A stretch of 64,000 nucleotides of DNA from Octopus bimaculoides (GCF_001194135.2 NC_068982.1:65278520-65342519); one strand, 5' to 3'; counted from the first letter of the stretch, positions 11,976 through 25,718 are shown. A program made the numbers and translations. Notes: generated by a model not told the origin, from the sequence alone.

Positions 11976-12014
<39 letters not shown>

Positions 12015-12030
12015 TTACTACTACTACATG
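11845..12030. repeat. Degenerate (TAC/CAC)n trinucleotide tract
   Basis: Directly visible; pure (TAC)n at both ends. Confidence 0.9.
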
Positions 12031-12564
12031 ATACAAAATTCTAGTGAAGTAATACAGAGTTAGTTGTCCACTTCATATTCATTGATTTTGAAATGATTCA
12101 TTGATAGATTGATTTGTTTTCATAAATCTGAGTAGGAATCATCGGAAAACCGTTTTTGGCATGTTCTTAGATAATAACAACACTGATATTATCCATCGCT
12201 TCTCAAGTAATTGCAATCTTCCACTTTTCATAAAATAAAATCATCTGCCCACCTCCATCACCATCCCCAAATTCAATTCCTCTTGTCAATATATCACAGA
12301 TTTGACATTTGTAACTATGACCACCATCAAAGTATATATCTCATTATCATCATCATCTTCATGCTCATTATCATCCTCATTGTCGTTATTGTCATGTTCA
12401 TCACTATGATCATCATCATCGTCATCATCATCGTCATCATCATGCTAGTCATCATTAACATCATCATCATCTTCATACTCATCATTATTGTACTTTTCAT
12501 CATTACCATCATTATTGAGCTCATTGTCATCATCATCATCATACACATCGTCATCGTATCATCA

Positions 12565-12790
12565 TATCATCGTCGTTGTTTAACATCCGCTTTCCATGCT
12601 AGCATGGGTTGGACAATTTGACTGAGGACTGGTGAAACCAGATGGCTACACCAGGCTCCAATCTGATTTGGCAGAGTTTCTACAGCTGGATGCCCTTCCT
12701 AACGCCAACCACTCCGAGAGTGTAGTGGGTGCTTTTACATGCCACCGGCACGAAGGCCAGTCAGGCGGTACTGGCAACGGCCACGCTCAA
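12565..12790 (-). mobile_element. Young 5'-truncated RTE 3' end
   Basis: Near-identical to 62039-62293 (GGCGTTAGGAAGGGCATCCAGCTGTAGAAACTCTGCC...GGATGTTAAAC); CpGs retained. Confidence 0.85.
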
Positions 12791-12962
12791 TTGTAATGAT
12801 CATCATCATTCTCATTATCATCATCTTCATATACTTCATCATCATGATGCTTATCATCATCGTCATACACATCATCATTATTATACTCATCATCGTACTC
12901 ATCTTCATCATGCTCATCATCATTATCTTGCTCATTATTATCATCATCATGCTCTTCATCAT

Positions 12963-13351
12963 GGAGGCGCAATGGCCCAGTGGTTAGGGCAGCAGACTCG
13001 CGGTCATAGGATCGCGGTTTCAATTCCCAGACCGGGCGTTGTGAGTGTTTATTGAGCGAAAACACCTAAAGCTCCATGAGGCTCCGGCAGGGGATGGTGG
13101 CGAACCCTGCTGTACTCTTTCACCACAACTTTCTCTCACTCTTACTTCCTGTTTCTGTTGTGCCTGTAATTCAAAGGGTCAGCCTTGTCACACACTGTGT
13201 CATGCTGAATATCCCCGAGAACTACGTTAAGGGTACACGTGTCTGTGGAGTGCTCAGCCACTTGCACGTTAATTTCACGAGCAGGCTGTTCTGTTGATCA
13301 GATCAATTGGAACCCTCGACGTCGTAAGCGACGGAGTGTCAACAACAACAA
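12963..13351 (+). mobile_element. Young tRNA-derived SINE family A
   Basis: A-box TGGCCCAGTGG, B-box-like GGTTTCAATTCC, (AAC)n tail. 15-bp TSD CATGCTCTTCATCAT (12948-12962 / 13352-13366). Confidence 0.95.
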
Positions 13352-13701
13352 CATGCTCTTCATCATCATCATTGTCATCAGTATTAATGCTAGCAACATA
13401 GCCAGCATTTATATCCTAAGAATGTTTTAATATTTCATATGGAGGTGAAATGCTGAATAAGAGAAGGCACTGTCTATATGTTTTGCAGGATTTACCAGAC
13501 ATTTTAGGTTATGTTCTTTAGACCTAGGTCCATTTATATTATGCAAACCTATGGTCAAAGACTTTCTGGCCTGTTCATCCTGACTTCTTTCTGACAGTGT
13601 ATCTAAGATTACATCAACAAATATACCCTTTTTAAAATCTCTGTATAGTGTAATCTGAAGGTTTGGTTGCTATTTTTAGCATATTTAGTTACTGTATAAG
13701 G

Positions 13702-13942
13702 CAGTAATTCTCAACCATTATTTTGTCTTTGGACACCCCCTCCCCCCTTTCATTCCTGTTTTACTCTACTGGACTTCCATAGCCATTCAGTGTATATTAA
13801 AAAAATCTTGCTGTATTTTTATAATTAAATATTAGGAATTGCATTTAAAAAAGTATTGTAGAAGTGCAAACAATTTATTGCACATAAAACAAAATCTGAT
13901 ATGTACCCCAAGGGCCATGTAGACCCCAGTTCAGAAACACTT
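13702..13942. mobile_element. hAT (Charlie-like) MITE
   Basis: Ends CAGTAATTCTCAAC / GTTCAGAAACACTT. Perfect 8-bp TSD GTATAAGG (13694-13701 / 13943-13950). Confidence 0.8.
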
Positions 13943-14944
13943 GTATAAGGGGTTTCCTTGTTATCCATGAGGTTGATGCAATTGGTGTTCATCTTGAACT
14001 TCTTTGAAATGTTGTCTGTAAAGAAAATATGTCTATAGATGAGCCCATAATGGCACCTCTTTGTGGTTACTAACCTAAGAGAAACAGCCAACTAATGTCC
14101 CTTGATTTCACCACTTCCCAGCTGCATTTTTCTTTTTAATATCTACTTATCTATGCTTACATATGTTAGAAGTTTGTTGAAATAGATTTTCTGTAGCTGG
14201 ATGCTTTTCCTGTCATCAACCTTCACTTGTTTCCAAACAAAGTAATGTTTTCACAGAAGGTTGCAAAGAAATGATTCTGCTTGTCTGATAGTGACGTTTA
14301 TTTACAATTAACACATAATATCAAGACAAGGAGACACACACACACACACACACATACATACAACACTATCTTAAAAACAAAAAAAGACACTTTGGATAAT
14401 GTAGTCCTAGATATATTATACCTGAAGAAAAAGATTAGATGTTCAAGCCTGAAATGCTTTTGAATATAGACCTGCTCTATCAGGATTGACCTATGTCCTC
14501 TCTGTGGTTAAGATTCATCTCTCATCTACTTTACATTTTACAAACAGGAGTTGAGTGATCTGTGGTTCTTTAGACTGAAGAAGATGTAGATTCAACCAAA
14601 GACAAATAGTGAATAAATTGAGAAAGAGTGTTCTATTTTATAAATACAGAATGGGAGTATGTATTCTCTACTTACTGACTTGCAAAATAGATTAGCTGTG
14701 GCAATCTAAAGTGTCAAAGTTATTGATACAAAAGGGCTTCAGTTTTGGAAGAAAGAAATGTTACTTGTAATATGGTGAAACATTCTAGAATGTAGCATTC
14801 TACAAGAAGATGATGGAGTAATGTGTGTGTGCGTATGTGCATGCATGCACACGCATAGATACATGTATGATGTGACAATCTAGCTAACACATACTTTCAG
14901 TAAAGTTGGAAAGTGAGCTAGAAAGTAATGAAATTATATTTTCG

Positions 14945-15068
14945 TAGAAACTCTGCCAAATCAGACTGGAGCCTGGTGTTGCCATCCGGTTTCACCAGTC
15001 CTCAGTCAAATCGTCCAACCCATGCTAGCATGGAAAGCAGACGTTAAACGATGATGATGATGATGATG
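14945..15068 (+). mobile_element. Short young RTE 3' end
   Basis: GTAGAAACTCTGCCAAATCAGAC...GACGTTAAAC(GAT)n, nearly identical to 62165-62293. Confidence 0.85.
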
Positions 15069-15804
15069 AATGTAGAATAAATACTCTGTGTGTTTAATGA
15101 TTTATACTTCAAGTTTGTTGTAGGAGTCATGTTCTCTTACAGTTACATATTTAGGAGGGGTTGTTGGCTTTAGTGTCACCAATCTGAGACTATGAGACTG
15201 CTGGCTGTATAGACCATCCACTGTATTATTGCTACCAGCAATTAGGCATGCCTGTTGATATAGCAACATAGTAATCACTGAATTATTAATGAGAATTTAA
15301 TTAAATTAATGCAAACATCAAGTATAGTCATGAGCATAATTTCACATTGTTGGCACACGCTTTATCAGGAGAGATTCACTACAAGATCCTTAAATTTTTA
15401 AGTGAATGACTACACATTGTCTCTTAAAAATATCAACCATGTACATAATTTTAAAAGAAATCAATAAATACTATTGTTCCATAAAGACTATTCTGTAAAG
15501 TAGTATACATTTCCAGTGAAGTGAGTTTTATTTTATGGCTTCACTTCATTCCATTGATTATGGCCTTAGGATAAGGATAAACATCATATACTCTCACTTT
15601 CCATCCCTTCTAAATTTAAGTCCATCTACCAATTTAATGATCCAACATTTCTTGGCCTTGTACTAAAGAGAATACATTCTAAATTCCAGTGTTTAATGGA
15701 AGAAATACATAAACACATCATCAGATTTATGTTTTTATTTCATCTCTGTTTCTTTCTCTCTTTCTCATTCTGTCTCTCTCCTGTTTTTATTCCCTCCTCT
15801 TTGT

Positions 15805-15952
<148 letters not shown>

Positions 15953-16453
15953 CATATTTTGCATTCTCTGTCATCAGATAGAGCATTAAATGAGGAAACT
16001 CAAACTAATGGCAAAAAAAAGCTTATTGCTTTGAGCAAATGAATACCTTTTTTGACATGCTTTGAGCACTTTCTTCTACCACTGTGTGTGTAGTCAACAT
16101 AATATTTAGAAATGAGAAGCACAGTGTAGTGACAGTGAAGCCTTATCTTTGAATAAATTAAGATTTACTACATGTACAAGCAAATGTATGTGTGTATGTA
16201 TGTATGTATGTATAGATAGATAGATAGATAGATATACATATGTTGTTATTTAACTCCAACTTAACTATGACCAAGCAGATCTATGATCAAAGAAAAATTG
16301 TAAGTAGGACTTCAGTATCCAATGTGCCTTCCCTTCTTTTAAGACAGTAAGTGATATAAGTGTTATTTGGCTGCTATTTTTAACAGTCCCTACCACTGCA
16401 TAGAGACTTCCTCATTGGCTCACATTCATACAGTCATACATACATATTTAAAT

Positions 16454-16501
<48 letters not shown>

Positions 16502-18019
16502 TTTGTGATTTATTTCTGTATTAATTCTCTGTTTATTTCTTTGATCTAATTTTTAATTGTTGAATGTCTGTTCCTCTTTCAGAAATATCTAGCTGATAGA
16601 ATATTGTGGAAGAAGAAAGAAAATTCCTGTTTCTTTAGATGAAAGTGCCAGAAAACCAAAGATGACGTTGGTAAATGACAGTTGCCATAAAAGGCTCCGG
16701 GATATCCAGGAGAAATTTCACATGTAAATATGAACAACTTTTATTGATGTTGTTTTAACCTTAAATCAGACTTTGTTTGTTTGTTTTTTTTTCTTTTAAA
16801 GAAGGCATCTTGTATCTTTCACTGGTTTCTATTGTTGAACTGTCAGCATGCTGGAGCACCACCTTGAAAGGGTTTTTACTTGAACAAATCGTCCCTAGTA
16901 CTTATTTTAAAAAGAAAAACTGGTACATACTCTTTTGCCAGACGGAGAAGTTACAGGGACATAAACAAACCAACACTTGTTGTTAAGCAATGGTGAGCAA
17001 CAAACACAAAGACATCCACACATATTTACATACACACACACATACACACATGATGGGATTCCAAACAGCTTTTGTCCACTAAAATCACTCATAAAGAACT
17101 TGCTGGGTAGGGACTGTAGTAGAAGACACTTGCTCATGATGTCATGCAACAGGAGTGAATCTGAAATCACATGGTTGCCAAAGCAGCTTCCTAACCTCAC
17201 AGCCATGCCTGCTGGTTACTATTTCTAACAGGTCTAATTACTACATAGAGGTTCCCTTACTGGTTCATGAAATATATTATTTGTATACTTTCCAAAGGCA
17301 ATGCTTCCAATGACACCACTGGTGCCAAACCATATTGGTTCCTGCCTTTCCCTTAGACAACATCAACATCATGGAGAGGGCTAATATGTTGCATGAGTAT
17401 CTCTTGATATTCTACTGACAGAAAATCCCTGGCCTGTACATGGTCAAGTCTAAATAATGGAGGTCTTGGAGACTTGATGTTATTTCTGTCCATTAGCTAT
17501 AGTGTTTTGTCTGAATTTTATTCCTTTATTGGTTTTAGTGATTGGACTGAAGCCTTGTTGGGAGTGCTGATTCCAAGATTTTTTAACCTTTTTATTCAAA
17601 CATAGTGTATCAAGGACTACATTATCTAATGTTTCCTTTCATGAAAGAAATTCTACCTCAAAGCTTTTTTCAATCTGGTATTTATTTTATTGGTTTGTCT
17701 TGAATAGTTAAGTTCTACCATTTAGTACAAAGGGATGTAACTTGACACACCACCTTACACCCGTATTCAGTGTTCATCATTTAGACTGGTTACATTGTGT
17801 GTGTGTGTGTTTGTGTGTGATTAATGGTATAAAACAATGTGTCAATTTGCATCCCTTTATGCTAAATAATAAGCCTCAAGCATTCAGTAGTACAAATGGT
17901 GAGAGATGACATGGATGGCTGAGTGAATAAATTAAATAAATTATTGAGCAGCCAAGTCAAGAAGTTGGCTAATTCATATGCTGGTACTAGTTTTTTTTTC
18001 AATTCATAAATATTCTTTT

Positions 18020-18232
18020 CTACTCTAGGCACAAGGCCCGAAATTTTTTGGGGGAAAGGGCCAATCGATTAGATTAACCCCAGTACACAACTGGTACTTA
18101 ATTTATCAACCCTGAAAGGATGAAAGGCAAAATCGACCTTGGCAGCAGAATTTGAACTCAAAACATAAAGACAGATGAAATACCGCTAAGCATTTCGTCT
18201 TGCGTGCTAACATTTCCGTCAGCTCGCTACCT
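18020..18232 (-). mobile_element. SINE family C copy
   Basis: Colinear with 29150-29362 (CTAGGCACAAGGCC...CCCTGAAAGGATGAAAGGCAAAATCGACCT...CAGCTCGC). Confidence 0.8.
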
Positions 18233-18761
18233 TTCAATTCATAAATGTTATCAGCTACATGACTCAGTCCATATAACTGATAAGTACCACAGGATAAGAA
18301 ACATGTCATTGCACTTTGTAACAAGAGCACAGTAAAACTGGAAAGTTGTTTGTTAGCTTGCAGGCAACAAACTGATTGAGTCAATTAGTGCTGTATAGAT
18401 TATTTTCAGGTATTTGTTCCAACTTTCTATATTCTAAGTTCAAATCCTGCTGAGGTCAACTTTGTCTTTCATCAGTTTGAGATTGCTAAATATACCAATC
18501 CCCTGGACAGTGGATCAGTAAACTCTAAGAATTTGGACCAGATAATTTTCCATGTTAGTTTTAACTCTTTGCATACTGAGTTTATATCCTGCCATGGCCT
18601 ACTTTAGGTAGCAAACTTTAACCATTACCTAGTTAAACACCATCATCTAGCACCTTGGGTGATTTAACAGCATCCACTTCGTTGCAGGCATTGAGGCTAG
18701 ATCTCCCCTTTTGGGGGTACCTTCCTCTGTCACTCCCACTAATCTTGGAGACCCTGCAAAG

Positions 18762-19134
18762 CAGTGGTTCTCAACTAGGGTCCATATAAGAATTTTGGAA
18801 GTCCAAGCAAACAAAATAGTAAATTAGAGGTCCACAGTAGTATTTTAAGGGTCCATGAAAAAATTTTTGCTTTGAATACAGTTATTGCAGGGAACAGCAA
18901 GGATTCTTTAATAGTTTGTATAATTCAACATGTTTCCACCAGCCACTGAAACATGTTTTCTCAGAGAGTGTTATGGCAAACCCACACAAGTGAATGCGAG
19001 AAAAAACAATAGAGGAAATCTGAAATAACTAACTATAAAACTAGTTTTTAAGCATCAAATGGTTATGGGGGTCCATAAGAACAAACTAGTAATCAAAGGG
19101 GTTCATAGATTAAAAAAATGGTTGAAAACTATTG
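18762..19134. mobile_element. hAT (Charlie-like) MITE
   Basis: TIRs CAGTGGTTCTCAAC / GTTGAAAACTATTG. 8-bp TSD CTGCAAAG / TTGTAAAG (6 of 8 match, both differences transitions). Confidence 0.8.
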
Positions 19135-19250
19135 TTGTAAAGGCTCATGGGCCTTCCTTTCTGACTAAAAGTGAACAAAAGACATTGAATTCATCTTCTG
19201 TGGATATGGTTTAGAGATGGATAGGCTCTGTATCAAGCTTACTGTTTGTT

Positions 19251-19668
19251 CTCTTTTACTCTTTTACTCTTTTACTTGTTTCAGTCATATGACTGCGGCC
19301 ATGCTGGAGCACCGACTTTAGTCGAGCAAATCGACCCCAAGACTTATTCTTTGTAAGCCTAGTACTTATTCTGTCGGTTTCTTTTGCCGAACTGCTAAGT
19401 GACGGGGGACATAAACACACCAGCATCGGTTGTCAAGCATTGCTAGGGGGACAAACACAGACACATAAGCACACACACACATATATATATATGTATACAT
19501 ATATACGACAGGCTTCTTTCAGTTTCCGTCTACCAAATCCACTCACAAGGCTTTGGTCGGCTCAAGGCTATAGTAGAAGACACTTACACAAGGTCCCACG
19601 CAGTGGGACTGAACCCGGAACCATGTGGTTGGTAAGCAAGCTACTTACCACACAGCCACTCCTGCACC
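19251..19668 (-). mobile_element. Young full-length CORE-type SINE family B
   Basis: tRNA-like head, CCTTGTGTAAGTGTCTTCT CORE-like motif, internal (TA)/(TG) microsatellite, (TAAAAGAG)n tail. Highly similar to 25351, 35715 and 49093. Confidence 0.9.
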
Positions 19669-20239
19669 TGTTCTGTGAATTTTTATAGATATTGTTTTTG
19701 TTTATATATATATATATATATATAAACAATATATGAGTATATGCATATATATGTACATGTATGTATATACGTTCATCTACATATATATATATATATATAT
19801 ATATTTATTTATTCATTTGTTTCTGAATTACATTTTGTTCCTTTCTATTATTACCTTGAGCACTCTATAGTTGTATGCTGAAATATGGCATTTGGGTATA
19901 ATATGAAAAGTAACTTGATATTTCCTGTTCGTTCAATACCGTCATAATATGGAACCTCACTTGAAATTCTTATGGATTTTTAATAAAATTGACTGTACTA
20001 GCCATCAGATGCACTCTGAAACACATGAATATTTTGTTATTAAATGTTATTTATTTGTCTCAGTGATAAGATTGTTAACTCTGTTGAAACTTTCTAATGC
20101 CTAAGAAACCACCTATTTTGATATTGAATATCTTTTCTTGTGCATGTGTGTGTGTGTGTGTGTGTTTGTGTTTATATATATATATATGTACATCATCATA
20201 ATTTAGTGTCCATGTTCCATGCTGGCATATTATATCACT

Positions 20240-20306
<67 letters not shown>

Positions 20307-21644
20307 TATACACGTGGGTGTGTGTCTGTGTCTTTTGCCAATGTACATCAGTGGAAGATGTTCACATCAGTGAGAAAAACCAATAAAACTGGTGCGTTTG
20401 AACCAAAAATACCTGGTATTTATTCTGCCTGAGTTGCCCAAACACTTTCTTGTCAATCTTACAATCGGAAATGCAGTGGAACAGTGATTGGTTCAGCATT
20501 GGAAACCTATAACGAACAATGTTATTGTTCATGAAACTCATGATATAAATTTTATAAAAATAACATATGATGATGATGATGATGATGATATTTCAGCTAC
20601 CTAATATTAGTACTACACTTACAGTAATAAAATATTATCATCAAAATAACTATCATCATCATCATTTAATGTCCACTTTTTCATGCTTGCATGGGTTATG
20701 CAGAATTTGTTGAGGCAGAATTTCTGTAGCTGGATACCCTTCCTGTTGTGAATCCTCCCCTGTTTCCTAGTAATGTAACACTTCCTCATAGCCAGACATG
20801 TTTTTCTACAGAAGACTGAAAGCAAATGTTATTTCTTGTGTAACTGTGATACTTTTATCTTTTATCTGTTTTGGTCATTTAGACTGCGGCCATGCTGGGG
20901 CACCACCTTGAAGAGCTTTTAGTCGAATTAATTTTTTTTTTTAAAGCTTTGTACCTATTCTGTTGATCTCTTTTTATCAAACTGTTAAGTTACGGAGGGT
21001 AGGGAGGAGGACACAAACATAAACACACCAACACTGGTTGTCAAGTGATGGTGTGGGATGAACACAGCTACAAAGACATACACACACACACGTATATATG
21101 ACAAGCTTCTTTCAGTTTTCATCTACCAAATCCACTCACAAGGCTTTGATGCCATGCAATGGGACTGAACCTGAAACCATGTGGTTGGGAAGCAGACTTC
21201 TTACAGCATGGCCATGCCTGCACCTTGTTTACACTCATCACATGACATCAGAACAAGAGAACACATGCATAACTTCAAGGGATGCTGAAGAATGACTGCA
21301 GTTCAATGGTTAAAAGAAACAAAAGAAAGAATAAAGCAAATACTTCATGAACAAGCAAGAGAACCTCAATTTGCTCAATTAGTCTCCTAGAAAAAACACC
21401 CAAACCTTCCTCAAATCACACTATTTTCTTTAAAAAGGGGCAGAGGCTATTGAAAAATAAGCAAGAAGTAGAGATGGTTGCTACTAAACATCTTTGATCA
21501 TTGTCCTGCTTGATCAAGGCTGGCTGGGTTTAAATAACAAGTATGCACCAGAGATTGATTAATATAATCTGCATATACCTTTAAAATTAGTGCTCCAGCA
21601 TGGTCACAATCCAGTGACTGAAACCAGTGAAATGAAAATAAGAC

Positions 21645-21677
<33 letters not shown>

Positions 21678-22659
21678 TTAAAAAAAGAAATTAACATGAG
21701 GTAAGGGGTTGGAAAAGGAAGTGTTTAAATTCCTAAAATTTGTGTTGAGTAATTGGATGTAGTGAAAAATGATCTTGACTTTATATGGAGATGTAAAAGT
21801 AAAAAAAACAGTGTGTGGGCGACAGAATGGAGATATGGAAATTTAAATAAATAAAATATAAAATAAAAATACAAGTAGAAATAAAAAAAGCCCCACGATG
21901 GCTGTAGGAATTTAAACTAGTTTCAGTGATAACAGGAGAAGGGATTGAAGACATAAAGGAGGCAAAAAATATCTAAATTAAGATTCCCTGATTGGGGCAG
22001 TAAGTGATGGAGTTGGTAATGATGGTGGTGGTGGTGGTGGTGGGTAACTTTCTGGAACAGATGTTGTTAAATGGTTTGAGGTTGTTAAAGCATAATTATG
22101 GATTCAACCCTTACAAGCTAGCCTCCCCCCCCCTTATTGCTATTCAAATGGAAATGATTAGAAGATGGGGTGGGGGAATGGAAGTGATGCAAAATTTTTA
22201 ACTAATTTCAGTTATTTTGGTAGTCGTTTTTTGGTGACTTACATATGTGTATGTATAAGTAATAATTTTATATTCAGACATACACCTTGTAGTATGTTCT
22301 TCACAGTGAATAAGAATGAAGGTACTTCTGGACAAGTCACCTGAGGAGACATATCTGCACATATGATGCATCACAATATATGATGCATCACAATATATGA
22401 TGCTTCCAATATATTGCAAGCAGGGGTGCAAACCCCTACCACCTTCTAGCAACAGGACCAGCATAGCAGCCTGGTTTCAAGCTATTTCTGCTTCTCTTCA
22501 GTACTGGACACCTTGTCTGCTAGAGATGGGAGTAGCTCGCTCCTGCTCACAATATATATAAATTCAAGTAACACACAGTTGCTGATCTTGCAACAAGCAA
22601 AAAAGCTAGTTCTAAAATCTCTCTAGGAAATGAATGCAGTAGTTGTACTAGCAAGTAAT

Positions 22660-23410
22660 GTTCATAGCCAAGTCCATTTGAATGGACTTGAAATGTCCTC
22701 TTGGGGTTAAAAAATCACAGTAAAGTCCGTTAGCCATGTTACTCCTAAAACTTCTTTACTTAAATTGTATAGTTGTCCTCTGAAGTCCATCCACTCATCT
22801 GTCCAATCCAAATTTTCAATTTTCTGCTGATATTCTACTCTAACTGTTTCATCCTTAAGGAGATTCACATTCAGACGTTTAGGGATGCCAGTGCCACTTT
22901 GTCTAACTTTTGGCTTCACTACAAACTTAATCTTCCCACAAACCAACCAATGATCTGTCCAACATTCTGCTCCCCGCATGACCCACACTGTACTGAAATC
23001 TCTCTTATCTCGCTTTCTGTTTGTCATATAGTCTATCAGGTACCATTGTTTTGAAGCAGGGTGCATCCATGTGGTTTTGAACTTATCTTTTTGCTGAAAA
23101 GCAGTGCTCATGATAAATAGATTCAACTCAAAACACATCTGTAACAAAAGTAAGCCATTGCTATTGCAATTTCCCACTCCGTGTCTTCCAATCACACCCC
23201 ATAGTCATGATCTTTACCAACTCTAGCATTAAAATTGCCCAATATAATAATTTTATCCTTGTGTGGAATTTTGTAGATATTTTCTTTCAGCACATCATAA
23301 AAGGAGAGCTTTTCATTTTCACTTGCATTCATAGTTGGTGCATAAACACTACCAACCTTTCTTTTAAGACAATCTCAGCAATATCATTCTATCATTTACA
23401 ATATATAAAA
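22660..23410 (-). mobile_element. RTE-clade LINE APE endonuclease remnant
   Basis: ORF 22707-23195: GRHGVGNCNSNG, TTWMHPASKQWYLIDY, MRGAECWTDH. Frameshifted upstream SVYAPT and LGNFNARVG. Confidence 0.9.
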
Positions 23411-23419
23411 TTAGCAGCA

Positions 23420-23815
23420 ACAGCAACATTTTAATGTCCTCTTTATCTATGCTTGCATAGGTAAAAACTGAATTCTTTGAGGCAGACTTTCTACAGCTAG
23501 ATGCTCTTCCTGTCAGCAAGCCTCACCTATTTCCAAGCAAGATAATATTTCCCCATAGTCAGACAGATTTTCCACAGAAGACTGTAAATAAATATTACTT
23601 GTATAACAGTGATGTTATTTACAACCATCATGTGATATAAAAACAACAGTGCACACACACACACACACATATACATTATATATATATGACCAACTTCCTT
23701 CAGTTTCTATCTACTCACAAGACTTTGGGCAACTCACAGCTATTGCAGAATACATTTGAACCTCAAACCACATGGATGGGAAGCAAGCTTCTTAACCACA
23801 GAGGTCTCACCTGCA
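23420..23815 (-). mobile_element. Composite SINE: CORE head + microsatellite + RTE-type tail
   Basis: Family B head (23690-23815) joined through (CA)/(TA) to an RTE-like tail ending at ~23430. Confidence 0.7.
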
Positions 23816-23837
23816 CATATTTGTGTTTGTGTGTGTG

Positions 23838-23873
<36 letters not shown>

Positions 23874-24711
23874 AGAGAGAGAATGTGTGTGTGTTCTATC
23901 TTATCCTATATGAACTGGAATGAAAAGCCTTGGAATATAGGGATGATTCTGTATCTATGTGCTTGTACATGTGTATCTGTGGAGTGGATGTGTTTCTCTC
24001 TATGTATGTATATATATGCTTTTCTGTGTGAGTATTTATGGAGTCTATGTGCTTGTGTGTGTGTGTGTGTGTGTGTGTGTTTATGAAGTGTATCTGCTTA
24101 CAAGTGTGTGTTCATAGAGTGTATGTGTTTGCATGTGAGACTGTTTGTGGGGTGTATGTACTTGTATGTGTTTGTGAAGTGTATGAGCTAGTCTGTGTGT
24201 GTTTGACTGTGTTTCTAATAGATTTTGACTTGAAATAAATAAATTAGAATGAAGTCAGATGAATGTGTTTAACTTTAGCTTACTTAATAATTCATTGTTA
24301 TATAGGCTATTGTCAGATGATAGAGAGACAGAAAAGCAATAGATAAGGAGATGGGGGTGTGGTGGACAACACTCAGTAGTGTAAAGAGAAATATGTGTAT
24401 GCATGTGCATGCGTGTGTGTGTATTTATGCATACAGAGAGAGAGAGAGAGTGTATGAAGGGCTAAGTGTGAAAGTGAAAGGGCATGAGAAAGCGTGTGAG
24501 TGAGTGTGTATGAGTGAAAAAATGTGTGTATAAATGCAATAGGTAGACAGATATATATATATATGTATATATATGAGAGAGAGAGTAGAAATTTTTGTGT
24601 TCTCTTGTAACATTAAATCTTGTCTTAAAATTTTTGATACCTTCATAAAATATGATCTGTTATTTTTAGCCCATCTTTTTATTTTTGGTTCATTTGTTCT
24701 TGGTTCTTCAG

Positions 24712-24729
24712 AAATAATCAAAGAATGAG
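24712..24729 (+). CDS. Candidate 18-nt microexon (xNNQRMR/S, phase 2-2)
   Basis: ~50-nt T-rich tract + TTCTTCAG acceptor and GAG|GTAAGA donor. Length divisible by 3; only one frame is open. Confidence 0.3.
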
Positions 24730-25140
24730 GTAAGAGACTCCCTTCTCTAGAAAACATAATTCCTGGAAATTTCACTTCAATTTCCTTTCTTTTATCCTTT
24801 CCACAACAGCAGGCCACATCATATAGGTCTTACCATTATTCTTATTACTTTTGACCTAATATCCAGCCATTATTTTTGATTCTTTGTTTGTTTTACTTTT
24901 TCTTTTATTTTGCCAAGAGATAGTTAAAAGAAGGAAAAAATTCTATGAAATTTCCATATAAATATAGGAAATGAGATTCTTAGCTTGTCTTCTCACCTGT
25001 AAAGAGTCAGCTTCAGATTTAAAAAGAGCTCTTTAGCTTTGAAAGGGAATGTCCAGTAGTGTTCATAACTAAAAGAATATTTCATATGTTGTCTTCATAA
25101 CTTCATTAGCGCATGCACGCACGCACACACACACACACGC

Positions 25141-25171
<31 letters not shown>

Positions 25172-25350
25172 TAAAAATTTATGTACTTTTTTTCTATATC
25201 TATATTTATGGATGTACAAAGACAGTCACTCCTGGAATATCTTTAATCATATGTCTGCTTGTTATTTACCTGATCTCAGGTAAATAACAAGTGTTTTGTC
25301 AGCTTGCAGTGCTAAGTTCAATTCCAGTTGTGGAGTAAAAGTTATCAGTA

Positions 25351-25718
25351 GGCGCAAGAGTGGCNNNNNNNNNNGGGTTCAGTCCCACTGCGTGGCACCT
25401 TGGGCAAGTGTCTTCTACTATAGCCTCGGGCCGACCAAAGCCTTGTGAGTGGATTTGGTAGACGGAAACTGAAAGAAGCCCGTCATATATATGTATATAT
25501 ATGTGTTTGTGTGTCTGTGTTTGTCCCCCTAGCATTGCTTGACAACTGATGCTGGTGTGTTTATGTCCCCGTAACTTAGCGGTTCGGCAAAAAAGACCGA
25601 TAGAATAAGTACTAGGCTTACAAAGAATAAGTCCCAGGGTCGATATGCTCAACTAAAGGCGGTGCTCCAGCATGGCCGCAGTCAAAATGACTGAAACAAG
25701 TAAAAGAGTAAAAGAGTA
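25351..25718 (+). mobile_element. Young CORE-type SINE family B
   Basis: Near-identical to 35715-36117; small N-gap at 25365-25374. Confidence 0.9.

Larger units (their letters stand above)
12330..13400. repeat. Degenerate (ATC)n tract interrupted by two retroelements
   Basis: Blocks 12330-12560, 12790-12962 and 13352-13390. The TSD of the 12963 SINE shows the tract predates it. Confidence 0.9.

Noticed and set aside
11321-12031. 236-aa ORF with a mucin-like Thr-rich end
   Set aside because: Built from TA/TG/CT and (TAC)n repeats, with no signal peptide or domain.
12963-13035. tRNA gene calls for SINE heads
   Set aside because: A/B boxes are present but there is no complete cloverleaf, and each head continues into a SINE body with tail and TSD.
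24425-24817. 130-aa minus-strand ORF (MACCCGKDKRKE...)
   Set aside because: It is the antisense of pyrimidine tracts and ends in microsatellite; no recognisable homology.
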